Below, one piece after another: positions 27,097 to 44,817 of a stretch of 64,000 bases of DNA. Under the pieces are notes generated by a model. It saw only the letters and a program-made list of their open reading frames with translations. It was not told the origin of the DNA and did no database searches. Position 1 is the stretch's first letter. Each line of letters starts with the position of its first letter. The position numbers and the translations under genes are program-made. This stretch comes from Octopus sinensis (taxonomy: Eukaryota): contig NC_042998.1 in the NCBI RefSeq assembly GCF_006345805.1, forward strand, positions 157,666,001 to 157,730,000, read 5' to 3'.

Positions 27097-29400
27097 TATC
27101 TGTGTTTGTCCACCATTACCACTTGACAACCTGTCTTGGTATGTTTACGTCCCCATGACTTAACAGTTCTGCAAAAATAGAAGGATAAGTCCTGGCTTGA
27201 TTTGATCCACGAAAGCCCTTAAAGGCGGTACCCCTGCATGGCCACTGTCAAACGACTAAAACAAGTAAAAGAAAGTTGTATTTTCGGAAATATTACTTTG
27301 AATGATATTTTCTATATCTAAATATGAAACAACGAAAGAGAAAAAAATGTCGTCTTTGTAAGGTGAATTCTACAATTGCAGATGTGATTTTCTCTAAACT
27401 TAGTTTTATTATATACATATGCATATATATATATATACATACTTATATACATACATACACACACACGCACACACACGCACACACACACACATACACACAC
27501 ACACACACACATATATATATACATACACATACACATATATATACATACACACACACATATATACATACACACACGCATATGTGTGCGTGTATGCCTTATA
27601 TGCTTTTCCAGTAGTGGCTAATATAAATGAGCAACATTTATAAATATAATATTTTATTTGGAATTTTATGATGCTTGCTTATTTCTAGTATATTCGAAAT
27701 ATTTTTTCTACTGTTCAGTGTGATGGATTACCAACTACATATCCGAGGTTTCGTATTATATGAATGACAAAATTTACCGTTTATCTGTGTGTGTGGTGTG
27801 ATATTTAAATGTCACTACGGTACAAATTATGGTTTTACTATTATTCTGTGCAGTCTGCGTTTCTTAAAGTGGCGAAAATAAAACCGAAATATGTACTGAT
27901 TTTTTTTTCTATCATCTTTTTTTATAAATATATTTTTTCAAACAAAATATAATACAAACTCAATATTTTACTATTTTGCAATACTTCATTCAGCTTTCAT
28001 GGTCAGATTAGTGTTAGAAAATGGAACCGCTCGAATTCTCCCCAAAGCATTTAAAATCTAGTTTGATTGTTTGGACTTCAATGTTTCTGATATGCAATAA
28101 ACCATTGTAAAGTATAGGAGAACCATAAAAAGCATCCCCCTTTAATACTAAACATTTATGTAACCATTCGTTTGTATTCATTTTTTTTTTAATATTCTTA
28201 ACGACTAGCATATTCCCTGCAGTATTTTTGTAGTGTATTTCGATATGTTGAATATAGCAGATACAATATGCATAAAAATGGAAACATACTTAGAAAACCG
28301 TTTTATTCACTCAATACCTTTTTAATCCATAGAAAAATTATATAAATATAGCGAGTGCAACGTTCTAGCTTAGTTGACAAATTTAATATTGTGAGATAGA
28401 TTCATATCGTTGAGCGAGCTAGCAGCTGGCTATTCACTATGCCTGTCGAGTTATCTACTCATGGTGGATTTAAGGATTGGAAGGACTCAGTTATTGTAAA
28501 TAAGAATATAAATTCTCGCTGATAAATGTTATAGGTTGAAATAAGTCAAACAAATGCTTATTTATATGGGTATATAGTCCATAAAATTACTCCAATAATT
28601 CACTGATCAAAGTTAGTGTATACATTCTGCTAAACTATAAGGTTAGTAAACCGATTAACTAACTGATCTAAAGAGAATCACATTTATCTGTGTCGATGAG
28701 TTATCAGGCCGATAGTTAATCGATATACATCCTCTACCTCATGGTATTTACTATCATAAACGATGAATACCGTACTTATGATATTGTAGAAGTACTATGA
28801 AATAGACGAATTTTCTTTGGCAAACGCTATGAAATTGCATTATATTTGGTTAGACGTGAATTGTTTTAAGCGGGAGAAGGCTCATGCGTTAGCGGTTTAA
28901 GTCAACTAGAATTAAGTTCAGCAAATGATGAATATATTTTAAAGAAGAGAGTAATGTTATACATTCGAAACAGTGCATTCTAAATTATTAATTGTTTTCT
29001 TAAACTATCAGAATTTAATTTGAAAAAGAAAGAAATTATTGAATCAGATGACGTTACATGCATTAAGCAAATATTCTGCAAGCCACATGGTAACAGCAGT
29101 AAAACAAAACAAAAATCAAAAATTTACTTAAGTTATATCAAGACTAACACAGTCGATATCAATAATTAATAAACTATGACAGTTGACATACAATATTTTG
29201 ACATGCAATAAACAGAAAATTGTGCAACAAATGTAGAAGTGACAAATCTGTAATATTGTTTAGCATTAGTTTAATGCTTTCAAAAATCATTGAAGAGTAC
29301 TTAAAATATAATCACTATTGCTGGAAAAGAAATTTGGGCTTCCGAGAAACAAACTTTACCTTCAGTGAATTACATAGATAAATGCATACACATGTAAATA

Positions 29401-30611
29401 CAAGATCGTGCAGATAAATTGAGATAATTTTTACGATGCATAAAAGTGGTAATAAATACTAATATAATGGTAGTAGACAGATATAATTTTAATGTAATAT
29501 TTTTACAGCAAAAACATTACTGCAATTACTGCTTCCACACGAGAATGAAATTTTTTTGTAGCTGCCGCAACCTCCGCGTTTTTGATTTTGCATGTCGCAC
29601 ACACGATGTAGGTCTTCAAACTGTTGACACTCAGATGTAGCGAAGCATTGGTTCTTGTTTGAAATATGGCCATAAGAAGCAATCGAAAAGGTTGAGATCT
29701 GGGCTTTTACTGGGTTAGATGTTGGCCCTCACAAAGAATGGCACCTTCTCACCAAGGCAAGTCCGTGTTGTTTTTGACACATGTCACGGTGCAGAATCCT
29801 GGATAAACACCGCATTGCTCCATCTAAGGTAATAGAGAGTTCTTCAGGATGTCCAGACCTTTTTTTGTGCCGATCTTCAAGCCAGACTCAATGAAATGTG
29901 GATCCCTGGCAATTCTATCACTCGCCACGGCTCCAAATCGTATCACAGAGGCAAGATTCTTAGTCTCAAATACAGGGGACTCGTTAGAAGGGTTGTATGA
30001 AATCAGTCAACAATTTCTGCGATTCACCTCAGCGTCCACAGTGAACTTTTCGTCCACAAACACGAGAGTTTTTCTTGCACCTTGATACTTGATGAATGAC
30101 GGAAGCTTTGGGCGTCCCTCAGCTCTGGTTGTTAGGAGGTGACGGCGTTGTCGAACATAGCTAGACGTGCCAATCGTCCTGTTCACAGTTCTGGACACCA
30201 TAGAAAGGGACACATTGCATTTCTTTGCAAGAGCTGACATGGATGTGGATGGGTTGGCTTCAATCGAGCGTTTGAGGTCAACGAGAAACTTTGTAATGTG
30301 CATGGAATCACTCGAATCTTCTTTCAATATTTAGCTCTTCTTTAAATTGTTTATACACACGATAAACTGTTGCTTTTGGAAGTTTCGTCAACTTAACAAT
30401 TTTATTGGCAGTGTGCCCAGCACGCGCCAAAACAACAATGGTGGAACAATTCTGTTACCGTATGACATTCTGTTTTCGAATCAGTTAGCTATTTACCTGA
30501 AAAATAAAGAGGGTTAGATTTTCAAGTAACTAAGTTTTTATCAAAGAATGAAATATTAAACCCACTAAATCAACCACTTAAAATCGGCCTCAATTTATCT
30601 GCATGACCCTG
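29401..30611 (-). mobile_element. Decayed maT/DD37D mariner-like transposon with both TIRs
   Basis: TIRs caagatcgtgcagataaattgag / cagggtcatgcagataaattgag (20/23 match), TA at both ends. ORF 30007-30327 LVFVDEKFTVDAEVNRRN; FIQDSAP*H...SPDLNLFD gives 37 residues between the Ds. Confidence 0.9.
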
Positions 30612-30699
30612 TACATAATAAACGTACTCGTTTTTATATTTTACTTGAAACTAAGAAATTGATATTTTTCGCAAGTTGATTTTTCTTTAAACAATATTA

Positions 30700-32020
30700 G
30701 TATTGATAATCCCTTCAAAGTTTCGGTCACCTATGTCATCATCAAACTGTGGTACGTTTGAGTTCATCGTGGCGTATATCGTCACGTTTAAGTTAAAATT
30801 TTCTTGGATAAGCAGGTCTCAGTTGAATGATAAGTTTGTGCATAGCTTGCGATGGAGAGGTGTTATATAAAATTTCTATTAATGACATTTGATGTTGTGT
30901 TTAGAAATTATTCCCACACAATTCGAACTCTGTGTGCGAATTTAGGTCTGTCAGCTTCAGGTTATGGGATTATTTGGGGGAAATTCACGAAATAATGTAG
31001 ATAGGTAGAAGGGATGCTTTCTCAGCTGATGTGTATCTAGGTCTTGTTGTTGTTAATTTATTTGGATGGTAATGAGAGATTTAATCTTTTCTTTTGAGAA
31101 TGTCAATGTTAAAGTTAAAAATTCAGTCCAGCCTTTAAACCTTTCTTATGAGGTATGCTTATTTAGGTGCGTCAACTTTTACATAATGGAGTTGTTAAAT
31201 GTTTACAAAAGATAATGTACATAGGTACTAAATTATAGTTGGCAGATTGCTTCTGGTGGTGTTATTTAGGATATTTCAATTTTATTTGGAAAGTGGTGTT
31301 AGTATAAGAAGGTGAACTTATGGTTTAATCTTCACAAAATGTTTTTGGTCAGTGTATTTTCCCCATGAAGTTCATTGTTCTAGAAGTTATTTAATTATTA
31401 TTTAGAAATTTTAATAATTGTGTTTCAGGGAAATAACGTTTGTAGGCCATTATTTTATTTCTTCTATTCGGTTTGAAGCTTGGGTATATTACAATATATT
31501 TTTTTTACCTATAGATATATGCAAAAGTGGGGCATTCTAAAATCTGTGCATATAATTAGGTATAAAAATAAGAATAAAAATAAGAATGATACAATATTTA
31601 AAATATAATAATAAATCAAAGAAAAGAAATACATAGAAAATAATTTTTAAGCCAGTCTAATCATGCATCATACTTGCAAATATTAGAATGTTCTTATATT
31701 AAAATATTGTTGTAGGAATTTTGGTTGAAAATTGGAGAATGTTTCGATAATTTTCTACAGTACTTGTCTAGTGTTAAGTTGTAATATTAGTTTCTTTGCA
31801 TAGCATGGGGATAGTTTATGGTGAAGATGGGAGAGAGGGAACGTGGTGAAATATTTTCATGTTTAACCGTGAGAAGAAAACTATCAGTTTTGAATATTTT
31901 GTGCTTGTATGAAGGGACTACTTCGGAGTATCTCTTCAGAATTTGATTCCAAAACGTGAGAATTTGATCGGATCCATTAGTACAAAGTTGACAGGGTTTG
32001 TTGTTACTTAGATATGGCAA
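30700..32020 (-). mobile_element. Highly degenerate Penelope-like element (RT relic and terminal hammerhead relic)
   Basis: Minus ORF 31787-32020 ILTFWNQILKRYSEVVPSY...IFTINYPH resembles PLE RT; PTFAYIY near 31520; decayed ttgatga...gtgacc-gaaac at ~30718-30748. Confidence 0.45.
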
Positions 32021-33264
32021 TTAATGCTAAGCGGAATATTGCTTATTTTAATGTCCATGTATGTTTGGATAGTGAGATATCATTTTTCCTGTTTGGATTG
32101 CATGAATTGTGTGTGTGAGTTGGTTGGCTGTATCGTGTCATGAACATGCTCCGCTGTAGATTCTATATATGCGGATATAGTTGTTGGATTACTGTACAAA
32201 AGCTACTACTTGAGAGACTCTTTTCTTCAAAGGACGAGAGTAAGGGGTTCTGTAGTCGTCATTGTTGTTATTATGTGTGTGGTTTTAGTTTCCACCTTAA
32301 CATACTTTTCGAAGCCTGTAATTGACTACTGACTTTTCAAAATTATTAGTTGTGGAATATAGCAATTTAATATCGTCTTCGAATATTAGTTTGTGATACT
32401 TGGGGTTTGGGTGAAAGTGTATTTATAGTATTCAGTTTTGCTTTCCTTTATAAAGTACCAACCCACCGCACTGATTGTCGAAAATATTAGAGTTTCGAGT
32501 GGGTATCTGTTTCGACTCTCTGCATTCCGTATTTCAATCTTTCGCCCAGTCACCCGAAAAGACAAAAATAAAAGCTTGAACGGTGATTGAAAGAGGTCTC
32601 CTATCATAAGTTGTAAGCGACCTATACTGATAGGTCGCTTACAACATATGATAGGAGACCTCTTTCAGCAATAGGAAAACGAACAGAAACATAATCTCTT
32701 TGATTCGATCGGAATTTATGTTGCCACCACCATAATTGATACATACATGTACACACACACAGGCACGCACATACTACATACATATACACACATGCATAGA
32801 TAGACACATATGTTTGTGTGTGTGTGTGTGTGCACAAAGTTTCCATACGCAAAATGATTTTCAGTTCGTTCAATTTTGACTACAATTCGCTCATAACGAA
32901 CGTCAACGCACTTTTCAAAAATTGACAGAATCCAAAAACACTAGTTATCGTATTAGCAATATATTGTGCAAACAAAGCATACGCAAACAATAAGAACAGC
33001 ATGTTATGTATTGTCTGACATTGTAAGAGATGTTATTGAAATATGCATTCATCACACTTATAACCGCTTCCTTTCTGTTTCTGGCTATATTATATGAATT
33101 TCTAGATCATTATACATAACATAAACATTCACTTACTTAAAACTGATTCGTTCGATTATGAAACAAGATACTGGTGCTGCATGTTCATTCACCGATGATA
33201 TTTTAAAATCTCTCTTCCCCGGAGCAGCCATAGCAGACTGATGTATTGATCATGTAAAAGAATG

Positions 33265-37545
<4,281 letters not shown>

Positions 37546-39177
37546 GCTAGCTAGCTATTATATGAACAGGGGCTCTTTCAATAGATATTGACGGTCACAA
37601 ATAATAGTATATATAGCAGATGTTAAACAGACACATTTTGCAATAAAAAAAAGTAAACTGTGTAAACAAAAATTCAATCTTATATTTTCTTCGCATATTC
37701 CAATTTTGAAATTAGATAATTATAATGGAACACACATATATACATAAAACGTACACACACACACAAACACACACACGTATGCTTTTATGCATGTGTGTGT
37801 GTGATGTAATTTTAATGCGTAACTCAAGATATTAATTCTACTAGGTGAAAATTTAATGAGGAATGAAGAAACTTTCTTGTCACACCTCATACAAAGAAAT
37901 AAAATCTCCAGACGTTCAGGTATATATTGGTAGGTGCAGATTTTGAACTACAGATTGACTGAAACCACAACATACAGCCATCTTAAGAGACGTGAACGTA
38001 AGTCGATAGGTTGACTCCTAATCGTAGACTGAGACAAGTTATCTCATTGACGGAAGAGAAGATATTTGTATGTGCAGCATTGTGCGTAGATGCATCAAGA
38101 AACCCACAAGGGGTATTTTGCTATCGTAAGAAAAAAAAGTTCTTTATTTATTGCTTTTAGAATTTTGCCATTGCTTCAGACATAAGTGTTCCTCACTAAA
38201 GAAAAATTGCTTCACAATCTGGATCTTTCATCTGTGTTAGCCAATGAAATATTGAAATCCCAAAGTCAACTTTTTGATAGGATGATCGACCTTAATATGA
38301 AAACACTCTCTCCAATGACAATGTCAACAGTTATGTCTCATATTCTCTTGTAGCTTAGAACATGGAAAAGAATAAGATTCTTCTATTGGGGAGAAATTTC
38401 GCGTGACAGGGTTTGTTGAAAAAACATACTGAATGTGAAGCAAGAATCTCACAGCGTAGGTCCTTCCCGTCTTAATGTACAAGAGTGTGTTAAATGATCG
38501 TCGCTGATTCGTGTGCTTAGATATACTCTAAAATATGTATTTAATATTACTTTCTCTTGTTCTTTCCGACACACTTATAAACCTATATGTTTGTATGCAT
38601 ACACACACGCACACTCAAACATACACACACACACACACACATACACACACACACACACACACATACACACACAAACAAACAAACAAATTTGCATGTTTAT
38701 ATGTACATAGATTTATGAGTATCTGTATATTTGTGGGTTAATAAAGAAATGCTTTGCAGTATAATTTTTTATCTATAGTTTCTATATATTATAAAGATGA
38801 GTTTAATGTTAGCCGAGAAAAATTTTGCTAAAATATCTTTCACTTTCTTCATTTTCATTCTCTCGTTCATTTCCATTTTCTCTCCTTTGAAAAAAACACC
38901 CTCTTTTTCGTATCTAGCTAGCTATCGTAGTTCGTTTTTTAATCTTTGCTTCATCTTTTCCCTCGTATCTACATACGTATACATATCTTTCATGTCTCTG
39001 CTTTTCTGCTTCTCCAGTTGTCTCTCAAAAATGATCTTTCTTTTATATATTTTTCCTTTTTTAAATCTCTCTCTTTTCCCTCATATATATATTATATTAC
39101 ATATATGTACGCACACATACACACACACGTATATATATGTATGTTTGTATGTATGTTTGTATATGTATATATATATA

Positions 39178-39227
<50 letters not shown>

Positions 39228-40039
39228 GTATGTATACGGTTATCTTTCTATGTATCTTTATAAGTATGTATACCACTAAATTTCTGAAGAACTTTAGCAG
39301 TTCCTCTCCAAATTCAACGTTAAATAATTACAGCCAAAATAACATCAGCAACAGCAACAACACTTACATCCCTATCTTGAAAATAACGATACCGAATTAT
39401 ATAACTCTAGAGCAACATGAGGAAGACAGAAACGTATCAGACGTTTCGAGGAAATCAGGAATCGAAATCCATAAAAAGTAGACGATGGTAAGAAAAAAGT
39501 CCCTCCCTAACTTCAATATTCATCCTTCCTCCAACACAACGTACATATTATACTACATTTTGTTCACATTCTTCCCCGTTCCGACACGACCCTTCATCGT
39601 GTTTGTGTAAACCAGACCATTTCTCCACCTAATAAATGAAGACCATGCCAAACCCACTTTATATAAAACCTGAAAAACCACAGGGAAGCATTGTCTGGTG
39701 ATTAATAATCAGCGCAACGGAAACTACGAACTTATTCTCAACTGTCTTTGGGAAATATTTATCTGTCTGTCTGCCTGCTTGTCTGTTTGTCTGTCTTCCT
39801 GTATATATATATCATAGCTAAGGACAAGTGAGTAAGTTTATTATCTACTCTCCTGGGAATGCATCTTCGTTCTGTCATGTATCTATGAAACGTTATAATT
39901 GTACAAGGGAAACATGTCATAACCATTAAGGTAATTAGAAATATGAAGCTGTAAAAAATTGAGGAGACGTTGTAGAAGGGAGGGTGTTGAGATGAACGAC
40001 GTTTATGGACAATGAAAAAGGTTCATAAAATGAAATATT

Positions 40040-40240
40040 CGCATAGACCGACGAGTGGCTTACTAGTAAGCAGTCTGCTTTACATCCACACGATTCTGGG
40101 CAAGTGTATTCTACTATAGCCCCAGGCCGACCAAAGCCTTGTGGGTTGATTTGTTTGACGCAAACAACAAGAAGTCCGGGGTAGGTTTGTTTACGTCTCC
40201 GTGACATAGCGGTTCGTCATAACTCTCTGAGAAAGTCGAT
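40040..40240 (+). mobile_element. Degenerate family-B SINE
   Basis: ctgggcaagtgtattctactatagccccaggccgaccaaagccttgtgggttgatttg matches the family-B body. Confidence 0.7.
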
Positions 40241-41219
40241 AATATACAGTGCAAGAACTGAATCAACCAGCGGCGATTAATCTAAGGCATATTAGGGCAA
40301 CGGGGCTCACATTAAAAAAACGTTATTACGGGCATAAACATTCATTTGTCAACCTCGACAGAAATGTGCCATGGTTTTGACAAATTTTATATGGTTCTTA
40401 CGTGAGACAAGTTCTTAGGAATTCAAAATTACTCGGCCTATTGTAGATAGTACGCAACCTTGCAGGAACAGGAACTTCTGATCAAAGATGCAGTGTAACC
40501 TTTATTTGAGCGAAAAACTGAGAATTTCGATTCAAGGCAACAATAGTTTAAACAAAAGAAATGAACTGTTAACGCCTTGTACGTATGCAGCTAAGTTTTG
40601 GCATCGCTTCGTTGACGAATGCAATTACAAGTCTTCTTGAATTTCGTTCTGGTTCAGAAAAAACTTTAGTTTTCGAAATGTTTAATTAATAGGTTTTATT
40701 GATATATAAATATTTGTGTGTGCATATCTGTATGTGAGTATATATAGATAAGCCTATGCGTATATGTGTACATATAGATATACACGTTTTCTTAAATATA
40801 TATAATTTTGTGTATACATATGTGTCTATGTACATATGTACATATGTACGAGTCTGTATAGGCGCATACATAATGAAAACCCGCACACGTCTCTATTGTT
40901 TTTTCAAAACATTAAGTTAAAATATTAATTAAAGGCATTATTTAAAAATATTATTTTGAAACATTGCTTAAAAAGCAACAGAATTTCATGACTTCAATTG
41001 TATGGAATTTATGATGTTTATGATATTATTACCATGAGAACCAAGTATGAAATCAAACACAAGAGCTTGGACTAAATATTCAGAAGTAAAAAAAAAAACA
41101 GGCTTGGTTTACCATCTGATGATCGGAAGCGAGCAACTTTGAGTACCGAAAAAAATCGGAGTCTTTCAGTTATAATGCATTTAAGAATAATCTACGTATG
41201 TATTGAGTCAATCGACAGA

Positions 41220-41400
41220 GATTAATATATATAAGGGAGAATTCACAAAGAAAGCAAAAGGCAAGGATAGGTGGTGTAGACAACAAACAGATGTGTTAGT
41301 ATAACGCTCGGGAAGTGAGTAAGTCTGTAACATTTCGAGCCTACGCTCTTCCACAGAAAGAAACACAGAAAGAAACAAGGAGAAAGTTAAAACATGGTCT
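41220..41400 (-). mobile_element. PLE-type short repeat with degenerate hammerhead motif (41325-41360)
   Basis: Reverse complement cttt-ctgtgga-a-gagc gtag gctc-gaaa-tg-t-t-acag; downstream ttcccgagcgtt/actaacacatctgtttgtt is shared with the repeats at ~13550 and ~23335. Confidence 0.55.
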
Positions 41401-41730
41401 GGTTACCACATTTTTATTATGGTATTTTAAAAGAATATAACATTTTTTATAATGTCAAAGTGTGTTAAACATTAATGAAAAAAGTTGTGATATTCATAAA
41501 TTTCAATTAGCACTTTCATACGTTCGTAGTAATCAGCAGATTTCAAAATGTATTTAACATTGTAAAATATTAATATTTTTTTTTAAATACCATAATAACA
41601 AATGTGAAACCCACACCATGTTTTAACTTTATTCAACTGATATATTATTCTATACACATTTACTAAAATTCGGAATATTTATGTGCGTGTGTGTATGTGT
41701 GTGTGTATATGTGTGTGTGTGTAGTTTGTC

Positions 41731-41764
<34 letters not shown>

Positions 41765-42081
41765 TCATTGTGTCTGTTTCTACGCATCACATGATAACCA
41801 GTGGTGGGTTTCTCAAGTCCTCGTGACCTAGTTGTTCGAAAAATGACACCGATAGATTTCACCAAATATTCGACTAAAATCCTTCAAGATAATGCCACGG
41901 CAAGGCAGCAGCACAATGACTGAAATAAATAAAAGGGAACAGATAAAAGATACATATATACAGATATAAAACTATATATGCATATGAATGTGTGTATGTA
42001 TGTATATACACCTGTATACATATATACGCATATATACTAACACGCACTTATATACATATATATATATGTGTGTGTGTGTGC

Positions 42082-42165
<84 letters not shown>

Positions 42166-42868
42166 TGAGCGGGAGAATGAAAAATATTATGCAATTGCTC
42201 CTTGCGGTGTGTTGAGCATTTAATTGAAATCGATCTTCATTGTTCTTGAAGAAGAATAGCAGTGCCCCAGCATGGCTGCAGTCCAGTAACTGAAACAAGT
42301 AAACCACTTTCAATTAAGTGCAGAATTCCATAATTTATTCATATAATTAATTTATTCATTGAGTTTCTTCAATTTTTCATATCGCTTCACTCAGTGGAGA
42401 ATATTTAGGAAAAGTCATCGCTGTAAAGTAAGTTAAGAGGCTATAGCTGGAGTGTACATGCAATAGCCATAGGGATAAACTAAGTACAGAAATAAAATAG
42501 GATCTAGATACCCCTGGTTTGAAGATGTCCTTGTCACCAAAACAGGAATTCTGGACCTTATATAGGCGAAATTATACAGTAATTAAAATAAATCAAATAA
42601 AAACAGATTAGTTATACATTGAGAGGTCAGTGAGAAGGGGAAGGGGAACATTTAAGATTGAACTTTTAATGTAGAAGTTTCTACGTCAAAGCTGGAAGTC
42701 TGGATTATACATACATACACTACACAAACCCGCCCAATTACTGGAGTATCTGAGCATGAAATATGAAGTACTTCGCATGTAACTTCTATATCATCTAATT
42801 GCATCTATCTCTTAATAGTCTGAGTACATTTTAACTGATTCCATGAAAATGCAAACAATACAAGATAT

Positions 42869-42926
<58 letters not shown>

Positions 42927-42936
42927 TATTATGTAT

Positions 42937-43269
42937 GTCACCAAGGTGGATTCCTAATATACTAGAAGAAGATGCCAAATCGCCTTACCAAAAGGAATAT
43001 GTTCTCAAAACGTTTAGCAAACGCCAGAATATATGCGAGCAAGGCAAATGAAAGGAGACAAAATAGACCAATTAACTCCATGCCTTAATATTTCGCTATC
43101 AACAATCGCTAACTTGACCACCCATAGTTGTTCAGTGAAGTCGTTGCAGGACACAATCCGCGGAATTAGATACAAAACGTCCTCGTGACAGAGAACATGC
43201 ATAAAGTTCCGCCAATTATGTATCAATTTGGCGTTTTCTTCTAGCATATTAGGAATCCACCTTGGTGGC
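42937..43269. mobile_element. MITE-like element with ~42-bp TIRs
   Basis: gtcaccaaggtggattcctaatatactagaagaagatgccaa vs revcomp gccaccaaggtggattcctaatatgctagaagaaaacgccaa; TSD not clear. Confidence 0.6.
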
Positions 43270-43407
43270 TATTCCTCTTATTTATATATGTAATATAATT
43301 CATTGTCTCCGGAGATTTTGTAAGCATGCTAGCCACTGGTTATGTTGATATTAATTAATAATATTAATTTCTACCCTCATTATATATATATATATAATAT
43401 ATATATA

Positions 43408-43481
<74 letters not shown>

Positions 43482-44543
43482 ATGTATATATATACATATA
43501 TAATGTATATGTGTGCGCGGGTGTATTTCTGTGTATGCTTGCATTTTGTACTTATGTCTGTCTCTCGCTGGTATTGTTTTGTTTACAAACCCCGGACTGA
43601 GACATTCAGTAAAGAACGGATAGAAGTAGCAAGCCTAAAATAAAGTACTGGAGTTAATATTATTTGAAAACGGTATCGCATCGAACCTCTATTTAAACGG
43701 AAATTGTTTGTTTTCCGTTATCCCGTTGATAATACTTTATATACATATACTTATTTGTGTGTGAGAGTGTTTATGTAAGTTTGTATATGGTGGACAGTAT
43801 ATCCACTTTTGTTTATTGTTGTTTTGTATAATAGCTTCCTTCTTTTCTTGTTTGCATTCATGTCAGTCGTCACGTAGTCTTCTACATTTGCCTAAAATTG
43901 AAAATTTTCCAAATAACTTTTTAGAATATACTGGATATCAATACTAATGCATTCACTATTGACGCATTCCTCCCCCAAGAAAATCAGAAAATGAAGAAAC
44001 ACTTACAAATATACTCCAACTCTAGTAGATAAATACATTTTTCTGTTATATATTCCTCATCGTGAGTGTGTGTGTTTGTATGTGTGTGTTTGTGTATGTG
44101 TGTCTGCGCGTGCGTATGTTTGTTTCATGATGTACACCAGATAGAGTAGACAAATTGGCACTGGTTTATAACATTCAAGTGTGTCCTCACTTTAAATTAT
44201 GTGTTAATCTGTGAGATAGCAAGCAGATAAACTCATATTTTCCCCTTCTCATATATGTGTTTGTTTGCTGGTCTGAGTGTGTATGCGCACAGGCACACAC
44301 ATAATATACATATTAACTCGTATACAGATAGGGAGAAGGAGAAGCAAATGTGTGCCACGATATATATATATATATTTATAATAATAAATATTAGGGAATA
44401 AATCCAAATTTACAGGGAAAAATCAGATTTAGGATTAAATCCAATTTTATAGTAAAATATTATATAATATAATTCGAGACAAAATTGATTAAGTCTTTCC
44501 TTGTTTGTTTTGCAAAATAGTGGTTTTGTCTCGAATTATATTA

Positions 44544-44655
<112 letters not shown>

Positions 44656-44767
44656 CACTCGTATACAGATAGGGAGAAGGAGAAGCAAATGTGTGCCACG
44701 ATATATATATATATATATATATTTATAATAATAAATATTAGGGAATAAATCCAAATTTACTATATAT

Positions 44768-44801
<34 letters not shown>

Positions 44802-44817
44802 ATATATATATATTTAT

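Noticed and set aside
28014-28211. Possible host exon (LKGDAFYGSPILYNGLL...)
   Set aside because: No recognisable domain and no convincing splice donor/acceptor pair; same for ORFs 5624-5851 and 5185-5376.
30712-30750. Functional hammerhead at the PLE end
   Set aside because: C3>U and broken stem II; kept only as evidence for PLE origin.
41113-41160. ctgatga...ccgaaa as a hammerhead
   Set aside because: It needs two extra nucleotides after A9 and has no stem III or stem I pairing.
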